Below, piece by piece: positions 39,987-48,881 of a DNA stretch of 64,000 bases (position 1 is the first letter of the stretch; the number at the start of each line of letters is the position of its first letter). Source of the DNA: Gemmataceae bacterium (GTDB lineage: Bacteria > Planctomycetota > Planctomycetia > Gemmatales > Gemmataceae). Location of the stretch: NCBI GenBank assembly GCA_045802525.1, contig JBJMQT010000091.1:11110-75109 (forward strand), in the 5' to 3' direction. The position numbers and the translations under genes are program-made. The notes under the pieces are model-generated. The model worked only from the letters and a program-made list of their open reading frames with translations. It was not told the DNA's origin and ran no database searches.

Positions 39987-40055
39987 GAAGGTAGCCCGCG
40001 ACTCCGTCGCGGCCTTCCGCCGCAGAGCGGCCGGCTACTCTAAGGAGACTCGATC

Positions 40056-41300
40056 ATGCTCGACCGCCGTACTTTCCTGGCCCGCACGCTTCAAGGCTCG
40101 TCGCTGCTTGCATTGGGCGGCGTGGTGCCCCAATTCCTTGCCAACACAGCTCGGGCTGCTGAAGTCGGCAAGGATTCGGTCCTGGTCGTTATTGAAATGA
40201 CCGGCGGCAATGACGGACTCAATACCGTCATTCCGTATGCGGATGATATCTATCAAAAGGCGAGACCGACCCTACGTTTTGCCAAAGACAAAGTTATAAA
40301 AGTTGATGATTACATCGGCCTGCATCCGGCCATGAAAGCGTTCGGCACCATGTTGCAGAATCAATCGCTGGCAATTGTGCAGGGCGTCGGCTATCCCAAC
40401 CCCGACCGCTCGCATTTCGAGTCCATGGACGTTTGGCAGTCGGCCGATCCGTTGCGCAAGATCGGCACCGGCTGGATTGGCCGCAGCACCACGGACTTGC
40501 AGGATAAAAAAGGCAATGTCCCCGTGGTTCAGCTCGGGCCCAATCGCCTCCCTTTGGCCCTGCAAGGCTCATCGGCCGGCGTGGTGAGCATCAATAACGA
40601 GCAAGCCTATATTCTGGATCTCGGCAAGGGCGACGCCGAACGCAAACAAGCTCGCCGCAAACTCATTCAAGACCTTGCCGAACCCGGCCCATCCGGCAAA
40701 GCCGACGACCTGCTTCAGTTCATTCAGCGCCGCCAAATCCAAACCTACAGCACGCTGGACCGCCTGCGCGACATTTTGAAAGAAGACAAGAAAGCCGACC
40801 AGAATGTCCCGGCCACGCCGCTGGGGCAAAAGATGGCGTTGATCGCCCGGCTGATTGCCAAGGGGTTTGGCACTCGCGTCTTTTACGTCATGATCGACGG
40901 CTTCGACACCCATTCCGGACAAGCCGAAGAGCAACAGAGGCTGCTGACCGAACTTTCGGACGCGGTAAACTTCCTTTTCACCCGTCTTAAGGAAACCGGC
41001 CATGACAAACGCGTGCTGGCGATGACGTTTTCGGAATTCGGCCGTCGCGTTCATGAAAACGGCAGCAAGGGAACCGATCACGGGGCCGCCTCTTGTTTGT
41101 TGGTGGCCGGTCCGGCGGTGAAGGGCGGCCCGATTACCAAACACCCCAGCTTGGCCGACCTCGACGCCGGCGATCTCAAGCACAACACCGACTTCCGCAG
41201 CCTCTACGCCACGCTGCTCGACCAATGGCTAAACGTCGACAGCAAGACCGTGCTGGGCTCAAAATTCAACCACTTGGAGCTGTTGCGGAATAAGCTGTAA
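40056..41300 (+). CDS. DUF1501 domain protein (sulfatase-like fold) with a Tat signal
   Basis: MLDRRTFLARTLQGSSLLALGG...ARA is a twin-arginine-type leader. GGNDGLNTV, DGFDTH and TDHG are typical DUF1501 blocks. Confidence 0.85.
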   Translation: MLDRRTFLARTLQGSSLLALGGVVPQFLANTARAAEVGKDSVLVVIEMTGGNDGLNTVIPYADDIYQKARPTLRFAKDKVIKVDDYIGLHPAMKAFGTMLQNQSLAIVQGVGYPNPDRSHFESMDVWQSADPLRKIGTGWIGRSTTDLQDKKGNVPVVQLGPNRLPLALQGSSAGVVSINNEQAYILDLGKGDAERKQARRKLIQDLAEPGPSGKADDLLQFIQRRQIQTYSTLDRLRDILKEDKKADQNVPATPLGQKMALIARLIAKGFGTRVFYVMIDGFDTHSGQAEEQQRLLTELSDAVNFLFTRLKETGHDKRVLAMTFSEFGRRVHENGSKGTDHGAASCLLVAGPAVKGGPITKHPSLADLDAGDLKHNTDFRSLYATLLDQWLNVDSKTVLGSKFNHLELLRNKL

Positions 41301-41375
41301 AGCTTTGGGCGACTGTAATTCCCATACCCTGAGACGCCATCAAAAGCGCCGCCGCAATGGTAGTGAAAAACGACA

Positions 41376-41410
41376 GGCCCTCCTGAAGGATCTTCAGGAG
41401 GACCTTTTGG
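41376..41410 (+). terminator. Rho-independent terminator after the DUF1501 gene
   Basis: Perfect 10-bp stem CCTCCTGAAG/CTTCAGGAGG (41379-41388 / 41392-41401) with loop GAT, followed by ACCTTTTGG. Confidence 0.6.
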
Positions 41411-41687
41411 TTAGCTGTTCGCGTTTCCGGCGCTGCTTGCTTTCCACAAAGTAGAATCGGCATAAACTTTCCTGCTTTTCTGCCGCTTTAATAAGCAGCT
41501 TGTAGCCATTGCCAATCCTTATGGTGCATCTATAGCAACTCCACCTCCTTTCCTGCTTCTCCTACGCATTTCAATTGCGTTTCTCAGCCTCATCCCAGAC
41601 AATGCTGGCTAACTAGAGAACCCTGCCGGACGGCCCGGGAGCTGTCTAGCTCGACCGGCGGATTGCCTGTCCCTTTAAGGTCAAGTC

Positions 41688-43310
41688 ATGCCCATTCGTT
41701 TTGTCTGCTTTGCCTGTGGCAGGCATCTAGTGTCAAAGGACAATAAGGCCGGCAGAAGTACGCGGTGCCCCGGTTGTGGTGACCTTGTAACTGTGCCGCC
41801 TACCGTCATTAGTGCCGATGTGAACTCAGTGTTTGAGAAATTAGACCTCCAAACGATTCTTGCCCCGCCCTTGGTGAAAGCAAATACTGCCGAGGTAAGG
41901 ACCGACAACGTCTCGAAAACGTCCACGCATTACGGGCCACATTCTGGAATGACGCCTCCCGTTAATATCACACCGCCAGCACAGGCTTCGCCAGGGCATC
42001 CGCAATCCAACGGAACGGGCTCCAAGGCTTTTATTCTTCCCGCGGCCTGGGCTTCAGTCGGGGGCGGGGTATTGGGTGTTGTCGGTTTGCTAGTCACCCT
42101 TATCCTTTTTCGTGGTGGGAAGCCTGAAGCCCGCGTCGCCCCTGAACCCGAAAACAATTCTGGGAATTCCTTGCACGCCGATTCTGGAAGCTCTCACCTT
42201 TCAGGCGCGTTTTCTGCCGACGCGATATTTGCGAAAGCCTCGCCTAGTGTGGTTCGGATCGAGGTCCATGACCGGGCTTCGCGTTCATTGGCGCAAGGCT
42301 CTGGATTCGTAGTTTCCGAAGAGGGGCTAATCGCCACGAACCATCATGTGATAGAGGGTGCGTATTCCGGCAAGGTAATCTTCGGCGATGGATCGACCTT
42401 TCCGATCGTTGCGGCTGCTGGATATGACCTCGAGTCAGACGTGGCCCTCCTTAAAATCAAGGGCCCCAGGTTCCCCGCCCTTGCTCTGGCAGCAAACGAA
42501 ATAATCCCCATTGGCAAAAAGGTCTTCGCAATAGGCAGTCCAATAGGTTTGACAAATACGCTTAGCGAGGGATTGGCGAGCGGCCACCGACAGATTGGCA
42601 GCTCTTTCAAACTTATTCAGACCACTGCACCCATCAGCCATGGATCCAGCGGTGGCCCCTTGCTTTCGGATAATTGCAAGGTCCTTGGAATAACAACCCT
42701 TAGCTTCTCAGAAGGGCAGAATCTTAACTTTGCAGTACCGGCTGAAAGGATTGCGAAATTAATCGCCTCCCATTCCAACGACACGACTTTAGCCGAGGCT
42801 GGCAGCCGAAGATTACAACATGCTCAGCATCGACCGATTGAAATGCCTACTGCGCCCGAATCCGAAGGCTGGACCAAAGAGGAAAAAGAGAACCTCGGCC
42901 ATTTCTTTCGCTCGATGAATCGACAAGTTAAAGCCTATAAGCTTTTTTATCAGGCTTTGAAAGATAAGACGACAAATACGGCAGAACGGAATGCTGAAAT
43001 TGAGGACGCCCTGAATGCAGCCTCCGAGGAGGCGAGACTTGTAAAGCCAAAGGCACTAGACAAAGCTCACCCCGATATGCCTCGTATGTTTCGCGAAACG
43101 TTTCTCCGGGAACTCGATCTTGCAAGAATTGCGATGGCCGGACTTACCTCCAAGAGCAAGGAAGAACGTGACCAACTTAGCGAACCGGTTAGGGAGTTCG
43201 TCTCGCGTTCTGAAGAGCGCGACAAATGGTGGAACGCGCATCGCTTCGACCTTGACATACCCGACGATGTTCCCTTTTGGGATGCTAAGAGGTCCGATAT
43301 TGATTGGTGA
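41688..43310 (+). CDS. Zn-ribbon / single-TM / trypsin-like (S1C) serine protease with a helical C-terminal extension
   Basis: The N-terminus CFACGRHL...CPGCG is a double-CxxC ribbon, and the TM segment is AWASVGGGVLGVVGLLVTLILF. The catalytic contexts are ATNHHV (His), DVALLKI (Asp) and GSSGGPL (Ser). The last 170 aa or so are unassigned. Confidence 0.8.
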   Translation: MPIRFVCFACGRHLVSKDNKAGRSTRCPGCGDLVTVPPTVISADVNSVFEKLDLQTILAPPLVKANTAEVRTDNVSKTSTHYGPHSGMTPPVNITPPAQASPGHPQSNGTGSKAFILPAAWASVGGGVLGVVGLLVTLILFRGGKPEARVAPEPENNSGNSLHADSGSSHLSGAFSADAIFAKASPSVVRIEVHDRASRSLAQGSGFVVSEEGLIATNHHVIEGAYSGKVIFGDGSTFPIVAAAGYDLESDVALLKIKGPRFPALALAANEIIPIGKKVFAIGSPIGLTNTLSEGLASGHRQIGSSFKLIQTTAPISHGSSGGPLLSDNCKVLGITTLSFSEGQNLNFAVPAERIAKLIASHSNDTTLAEAGSRRLQHAQHRPIEMPTAPESEGWTKEEKENLGHFFRSMNRQVKAYKLFYQALKDKTTNTAERNAEIEDALNAASEEARLVKPKALDKAHPDMPRMFRETFLRELDLARIAMAGLTSKSKEERDQLSEPVREFVSRSEERDKWWNAHRFDLDIPDDVPFWDAKRSDIDW

Positions 43311-43506
43311 AAGCCTCCTCCGCCTTAGCATACCTAAGATACGCCCCACCACTCCCCCAGCCAGTCGGCTTATTTCCAAAGCGGCTCTGTTGCTTACAAT
43401 GCAACAAACGGGACGGCGGGAGTCACGACTGGTCGGCCTGCCTTCGTGGGTAGTAGCGTACTCGATGTCGGCGAGGCTCTGGCGCTTCCCGCTAAGAGCG
43501 TGTGAC

Positions 43507-44169
43507 ATGGCAAAGAACCAGGACCAACCTACGCGCCACTCCTTCGATGACCACAGCGCCAGCACTCAAAACGGCTGGACCTACCAGCTTGCCGGGTTCC
43601 TGAATCGATGTATGGAAATCCGACCCAGCGAATTCAATAAGCGTTTCAAGTATCTTGTCAAATATCTCAACGCCGCTGGGTGTCCGGGCTACAGTGACTG
43701 GCTGTGCGGTAACCCGGAAGCACCGCCATCTGACCCTACCCCTGAGGTCGAGACGGCCGCGCTGAAAGCAATCCTTAGAGAATTCGACAGCGTTTACGAC
43801 AACCCTACGATGCCAATACTCCCGCCCGATAAGGTCAACGAATTAGGACTATTGCGATCGCGCGCGGTCCGTGCTCTGAAGGCTCGGCTACGGCAACTGG
43901 AAGCCAAGGATTCGCTAGCAATGCTTCCAACGGCTGACTATCCCTCCTTCACGAAAGAGGACTTGAAAATCATTAAGGCCCTCAAGGAAAGCGATCCCGT
44001 GGCCATGAACCAGTACGATTTGGAGGGAAAGGCAAAGTTAAGCCGGCGCACCATCGGACCCCGGTTGGAAACTCTTTCCCATAAGGGGCTTGTCCACTAT
44101 CCACATGGAAAGCGTAAGGGTGCTGCCTTGACTCCGCTCGGAAAAATCACCGCCTCATCGTTCGAATAG
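43507..44169 (+). CDS. Hypothetical protein with a C-terminal winged-helix DNA-binding domain
   Basis: Track ORF 43120..44169 overlaps the protease gene. The first ATG after the protease stop is 43507 (MAKNQDQP...). The C-terminus LKIIKALKESDPVAMNQYDLEGKAKLSRRTIGPRLETLSHKGLVHYP looks like a MarR/ArsR-type wHTH. Confidence 0.5.
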   Translation: MAKNQDQPTRHSFDDHSASTQNGWTYQLAGFLNRCMEIRPSEFNKRFKYLVKYLNAAGCPGYSDWLCGNPEAPPSDPTPEVETAALKAILREFDSVYDNPTMPILPPDKVNELGLLRSRAVRALKARLRQLEAKDSLAMLPTADYPSFTKEDLKIIKALKESDPVAMNQYDLEGKAKLSRRTIGPRLETLSHKGLVHYPHGKRKGAALTPLGKITASSFE

Positions 44170-44383
44170 GCTATAGAGCCGTAGTTGCACACTATTTGCG
44201 CCTAACTTTCCCGCAAGCATTTCTGCCGCGTGTCATTATTGTCATAACGACGGCGCAAACGCTGCTCAATTGCTCAGAGGAATAGCGGTCGGCAGTCGTG
44301 TTGGGATACTAAGACTTCTTTTATCTTAAAAGTCCGCCGACCTCTTAATTCCCTCTTTTTCTATTTTTCTGGGAGTTCAATCA

Positions 44384-45157
44384 ATGCAAATAGTAAAATG
44401 GAAACGAAGTGAAGTACCCCCCGCAGACATTCTGAGTGCAGCTAAGACGATACCGCTGCGCGATGCCCATATGTCGCATTTTCTTGACGAAAAATGGCTG
44501 CCTGCTGAAAAATACCTTGAGTGGGCAAGGCGGGGGCTGCAAATCAAGGACGACATGGGGCTCGATATTGCCGTGTGCTTTGCGAAACGGTCCGTGTGCC
44601 GACGAGTTGACTCTCTTATCCTAAAAAACCATTTACGTAGCTGTTTGCACAAAAAGTATCCTGAGAAGATCAAAGCTCTTTGCGATATAGGCATTCCGAT
44701 TCCAGACATAGTCCAAAGCTGGATCATCGGCCCAAGAAATCAGTTAGAACACAAATATGAAACGGTAAGGAACAATAATGGCCAAGGGGCTATCGAAATT
44801 GCCGACCTATTCATTCGTGCGACGGATGAGGAGGAGAAAAGAGGTTGCATATTCGCGGTTGGATGGAACGTGTTAGGTGGAATGCAATTCGGTTCTGATA
44901 CTGAAATGGTCGTCCAATTTCGTGAGTTTCATTCCAATCCCATGTTGTTTCTGGACATTTTTGAAGAGCCGGAAAAGGCGAAGATTGTTATCCCGCTGGA
45001 AGGCGAGATTATTCTTGCACCAATGAGTGAATTCAGTATTCTTGAAGAAATCGAATTGGCAAATCTGCTTCGACAGCACTACTCCCTTCCAGGTCGATCC
45101 GAAAGGAAGATTCCCGTTCATTTCTATTTGGAAATCAAGCGACAAGGCCAATTTTGA
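44384..45157 (+). CDS. HEPN-like protein (RNQLEH motif) with an uncharacterised C-terminal domain
   Basis: 257 aa, with GGGAG 8 nt upstream of the ATG. An Rx4H motif PRNQLEHKY lies at 44734-44752 after a helical N-terminal region. The gene is clearly AT-rich: the 60-nt line starting at 44881 has 24 G+C. Confidence 0.55.
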   Translation: MQIVKWKRSEVPPADILSAAKTIPLRDAHMSHFLDEKWLPAEKYLEWARRGLQIKDDMGLDIAVCFAKRSVCRRVDSLILKNHLRSCLHKKYPEKIKALCDIGIPIPDIVQSWIIGPRNQLEHKYETVRNNNGQGAIEIADLFIRATDEEEKRGCIFAVGWNVLGGMQFGSDTEMVVQFREFHSNPMLFLDIFEEPEKAKIVIPLEGEIILAPMSEFSILEEIELANLLRQHYSLPGRSERKIPVHFYLEIKRQGQF

Positions 45158-45453
45158 GTGTAGTTAGTTAGCGCTGGCTGGCCTAGAGGTTTGGCTGTCA
45201 GGTTTCGAAGCACCTCTACCACTCTCTTCGTTGGAACTATTAAAGGTGGAGACATTACTTTCATCAAGAGTTCGTCGACCTCGATTATTCGATAATACTC
45301 TGTCTGACGGATGAGACGGCCAATCTCTCTGGCGGACAGGCCGCCGGTGACCCAACGACCGGAAAAACTCCCGGCGCTAAGGCGACGAGGCTCACCCTAT
45401 CAGGAACCAGAGAAAGTTGCGGAAGAAGTTGTAGAGAAATGATCTACCGAACG

Positions 45454-45491
45454 AAAGGCCCTCCTGGTTCACTGTTCCCAGGAGGGCCTTT
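45454..45491 (-). terminator. Rho-independent terminator after 45518..46711 (possibly bidirectional)
   Basis: Perfect 12-bp stem AGGCCCTCCTGG/CCAGGAGGGCCT (45456-45467 / 45478-45489), extendable by AA/TT. On the minus strand it is followed by TTTCGTT. Confidence 0.6.
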
Positions 45492-45517
45492 GACTTGGCG
45501 GTCGCAATCCGCGAAGC

Positions 45518-46711
45518 TCAGTCCTTTTTGACCTGTCCCACCACGAGCGTAACCGGCTCGCCCTTATAGAGCAGCTTGGACTTCAATTCAAATCCCTTGT
45601 TCAAGGGACGGTACTCAAACGGCCCGGCGCCGAATGGGTCCTTAATGTCGTTGACCTTGTCTTGACCGCCTTGCACAATCGCGAGCGCGGCCTTGAATAG
45701 CGCTATCTGGGTCTGAAGCCGGCGTTCGCCTGGAACAAAGTTGTTCATGTTCGGCAGCAGATATTCCGCGAGCGGGTTGGCGGCTTTCGCTTTCTTAACA
45801 AACTCCGGATATTGGGCGTCGAATTCTTTCGGGGGGAGACTCACCAACTTGGTCAGTTGATCGAACAAGGGCAACAGTCCTTCAAGGGCCTTGGTGGCCT
45901 CCTCGTAATTTTTGATGGTGTTCACCGAGTCCCGGTTTGGACCCCGGCCCTCAGCGCTGGAAATGATGGCGTCGAAGACCTCGTTCCATACTTCTTGCCA
46001 GGCGCCCGGTTTTTGCTGTTCGGCGGTTTTGATCCTTTGGAGGAGCCACGCCGGCCCCACTTCCTTTTCCCTACGGACGATTTGCTGAATCGTCGGCGCG
46101 GCCGGCAATCGATCCAGGTCGGCGGCGGCGTTTTCGGGAAGTCCTGATTTCGATTCCGGCAGGTAAGGTGCCGCTGCCTCCATCGCCATCCTTTCGATTC
46201 GGTAACCCACCAGCCTGGTAATGAAAGTTTCGGCCATTTCCACGTGCCGGCCCAGATAGAACACGGCGGTTACGTCGGTCCAACCGGATTTCCAGCGACC
46301 TTGCTTAAACTCATGCCGGGCGTGCAGGGCGGTCAAGCGCGCGAGGGTCAGCGCTTTGCCCAGAAAGGGCATACGCAGCCATATGCCGTCGTCGTAATCC
46401 AAACTCCAATCGCAGCGTTGCAGCTTCGCCGCGCGCCCCAAATATTCCCGGCTAGGCTCCCCCTTTTCGATGAGCTTGAGCGCCGCCGCATCCAAAGGCA
46501 CTTTATTCCAGTCCTCGAGGAGCTTTTCCTGGTCCTTGTCCAGGTTCGGCAGCAGGGCAAAGGCTTGCCAATACTTCATCGCCGCATTGGCGCCCAGGTC
46601 CGTTGCGTTGGGGCGGTTCTCCTTATCGCCCCTCCCCGTCTGGCCCCCAGCGACAGTAGGCGTGAGCAAGGCCAGGGACAGAATCAACGCCGCGAAGCTT
46701 CGATACCGCAT
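45518..46711 (-). CDS. Secreted hypothetical protein, last gene of the ECF sigma operon
   Basis: Signal peptide MRYRSFAALILSLALLTPTVAGG. Its start overlaps the stop of the anti-sigma gene (TAATG). Confidence 0.65.
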   Translation of the reverse strand: MRYRSFAALILSLALLTPTVAGGQTGRGDKENRPNATDLGANAAMKYWQAFALLPNLDKDQEKLLEDWNKVPLDAAALKLIEKGEPSREYLGRAAKLQRCDWSLDYDDGIWLRMPFLGKALTLARLTALHARHEFKQGRWKSGWTDVTAVFYLGRHVEMAETFITRLVGYRIERMAMEAAAPYLPESKSGLPENAAADLDRLPAAPTIQQIVRREKEVGPAWLLQRIKTAEQQKPGAWQEVWNEVFDAIISSAEGRGPNRDSVNTIKNYEEATKALEGLLPLFDQLTKLVSLPPKEFDAQYPEFVKKAKAANPLAEYLLPNMNNFVPGERRLQTQIALFKAALAIVQGGQDKVNDIKDPFGAGPFEYRPLNKGFELKSKLLYKGEPVTLVVGQVKKD

Positions 46712-47148
46712 TAGTCATCTCCTAATAGTTCGTGCAATTCCGCGTTTGACCAGTTGAAAGAATGAATGCGCATCTGCTCGGGGTTGGCCTCCGCAGCGCT
46801 ATGAGCTTCCCTGTCGATCAGGGCCTCGAGTTCTTCGGGCGACCGGGCGAGAGCGCACTGGTAATCCAGAAGCGTGGGTTCGACCTTCTCTTCCGCGAGG
46901 GGCAAAACGTCACGGACAACAATCGGTTCGGGACGGACGTCGCGGCCGGACTGGCGCCAGAGAATGATCGCCGCCGCCAAGCAAGCAGCGGCCAAGCCGC
47001 CGGCCAGAGCAAGCCGCCACACCGGGGGAAACCTCCTGGGCGAAGCATCGACCAGCCGCTCGGCGACGCGCCGGCGCAACCGGGGTGATACTTCACAAGG
47101 CCGCAAAGCCGATAATTCGATTTCCAGGGGGTCAGGAGCATCATTCAT
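46711..47148 (-). CDS. Putative anti-sigma factor (single TM)
   Basis: 145 aa with the central TM WRLALAGGLAAACLAAAIILW. It overlaps the sigma gene by 4 nt (ATGA), in the classic position after an ECF sigma gene. Confidence 0.6.
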   Translation of the reverse strand: MNDAPDPLEIELSALRPCEVSPRLRRRVAERLVDASPRRFPPVWRLALAGGLAAACLAAAIILWRQSGRDVRPEPIVVRDVLPLAEEKVEPTLLDYQCALARSPEELEALIDREAHSAAEANPEQMRIHSFNWSNAELHELLGDD

Positions 47149-47642
47149 GGAATCGACTCCTCAGCCAATTGCTCGCGCAACTTGGCCAGAGCATAACGGT
47201 AGCGGGACGCGGCGGTGTTGGCGGAGATTCCCAGAGCCTCGGCGATCTGCGGAAACGATAAACCGCCCCAGATCTTCATCGCCAGCACCTCGCGCTGGTT
47301 TTCCGGGAGAAGCAACATGGCGTCGGCGATGGCAGTACGGCGTTCATCTTTCTCTAACGAACCGGCGAACAACGGCGCCCTTTCGGGGCGGGCGACCATC
47401 GCTTCTCGCCTAGACTGCCTCAGCCGATTGCGCTGCCAGTCCAGAGCACAATGCTTCATGCAGGCGTAGAGGTAAGCGGTTGGGTCCTTGGCTCGCTCTC
47501 TGGAGCGCCAGAAGCGGACAAAGGCTTCTTGGACAACATCCTCGGCATCCGCGCGGCTGGGCGCCCATTGCCGCGCCAAGAGGACCAGCACGGGCCCGTG
47601 CTTGTCGAGCCAAACTGCCCATTCGTCACGAGCGCCCGCCAT
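47145..47642 (-). CDS. ECF-type RNA polymerase sigma factor (sigma-70 family)
   Basis: Region 2 is DAEDVVQEAFVRFW, and the region 4 HTH is LSFPQIAEALGISANTAASRYRYALAKLR. Confidence 0.9.
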   Translation of the reverse strand: MAGARDEWAVWLDKHGPVLVLLARQWAPSRADAEDVVQEAFVRFWRSRERAKDPTAYLYACMKHCALDWQRNRLRQSRREAMVARPERAPLFAGSLEKDERRTAIADAMLLLPENQREVLAMKIWGGLSFPQIAEALGISANTAASRYRYALAKLREQLAEESIP

Positions 47643-47921
47643 GGACTACCTTTGGAAGCCGGAGTAGGTTCTCTGTAATCAAGACGCCGCCGTGGCGGCA
47701 ATCTGTCTGTAAGGCCCCCACGAAAACACTCCAAAACAGACCCGTGGAAAGCATTTGTGAGCTTTGGTGCCTTTTCGTGGCTTCTGAAGCTCTCGGCACG
47801 TGACCCTCTGGCCCAAGTGACCCACCCTCTGGTCCCGCCAACACTGCGCCACAGGGTGATCAATAATTGAACACCTGATGTCGACTTGCGCGCTTTCGTT
47901 GTCTTGGGCGTCGCTCCTTCC

Positions 47922-47985
47922 AAGGTGGCCAACGTCGGCCTCGAAGGTGGCCAGCGTCGGACAAAGGTGGCCCCGCATTGGCCTG
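47922..47985. repeat. Three tandem 20-22-nt units of AAGGTGGCCARCGTCGG-type motif
   Basis: Units start at 47922, 47944 and 47964. A related tandem pair (AAGGCGGCCAACGTCGGACC / AAGGCGGCCAAC...) occurs at 14574-14619. Confidence 0.6.
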
Positions 47986-48121
47986 GCCCCCTTTGATTTT
48001 GAGAAGCTTTGGGGGCCTAAACCTTCAACGCGGTCCCGCCCGCCGAGGAGCTAAACGCGATTTATTGGGTTATGAAATGAACCGTCAAATCGAATTAATG
48101 AAACGAAACCGCTGTCGAAGC

Positions 48122-48742
48122 TCATTGACTGCCAATTTCATCTCTTGCTCCCTGTGCTGATAGTGGCCGGTGCGAAATAACCGGCTCGATCCGGCGGTCC
48201 GGGACTAGCCAGATCACGGCTACAAGGCAGTACAGGGCACAGGCAATCCAGGGATGGATGAATGCCGCTAGAATAGCAACCAAGTATATGGCCACAGATG
48301 CCTTCCCTTTGAAATCGTTTCCGATCGCCGTCGCGATGGTAGATTCGCGACCGTGGTGCCCGATCAAGACACGCACGAGGATGTAGTAGGCCAGCCCTGA
48401 AAAAAGCAGGACCGTTCCATACGTGGCAACGGGCCAGGTGGCAAAGTGGCTCACTCCCAACCAGTTGGTGACAAAGGGAACAAGGGAAAGCCAAAACAAA
48501 AGATGGAGATTCGCCCAGAGGACACGGCCATTGACATGCTGTGTGGCCTGGAACAAGTGATGGTGGTTGTTCCAGTAAATGCCAACGTGAACAAAGCTCA
48601 GCATGTAACTCAGAAGCGTCGGGAGAAGAGGAGCCAACGAGACAATGTCCGATCCCTGCGGAGCTTTCAGATCGAGCACCATGATCGTGATAATGATTGC
48701 CAACACGCCATCACTAAATGCTTCCAACCGGCCTTTCTTCAT
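48122..48742 (-). CDS. TMEM175/DUF1211 family potassium-channel-like membrane protein
   Basis: The N-terminal RLEAFSDGVLAIIITIMVL motif is the family hallmark. The protein has 6 TM segments. Confidence 0.8.
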   Translation of the reverse strand: MKKGRLEAFSDGVLAIIITIMVLDLKAPQGSDIVSLAPLLPTLLSYMLSFVHVGIYWNNHHHLFQATQHVNGRVLWANLHLLFWLSLVPFVTNWLGVSHFATWPVATYGTVLLFSGLAYYILVRVLIGHHGRESTIATAIGNDFKGKASVAIYLVAILAAFIHPWIACALYCLVAVIWLVPDRRIEPVISHRPLSAQGARDEIGSQ

Positions 48743-48881
48743 TGAGGGGGGCCCTCAGGCTTATTCTGCTTTCATGCGGGCGCACCGTGATGTGGCTCCG
48801 TCGCGGCATAGATATTCTGCCGCGTCTCGCGCTGTTGGCTGGTCGGACAAGTTAAGTATCCAAAAAGCGACCGAGACTCGA

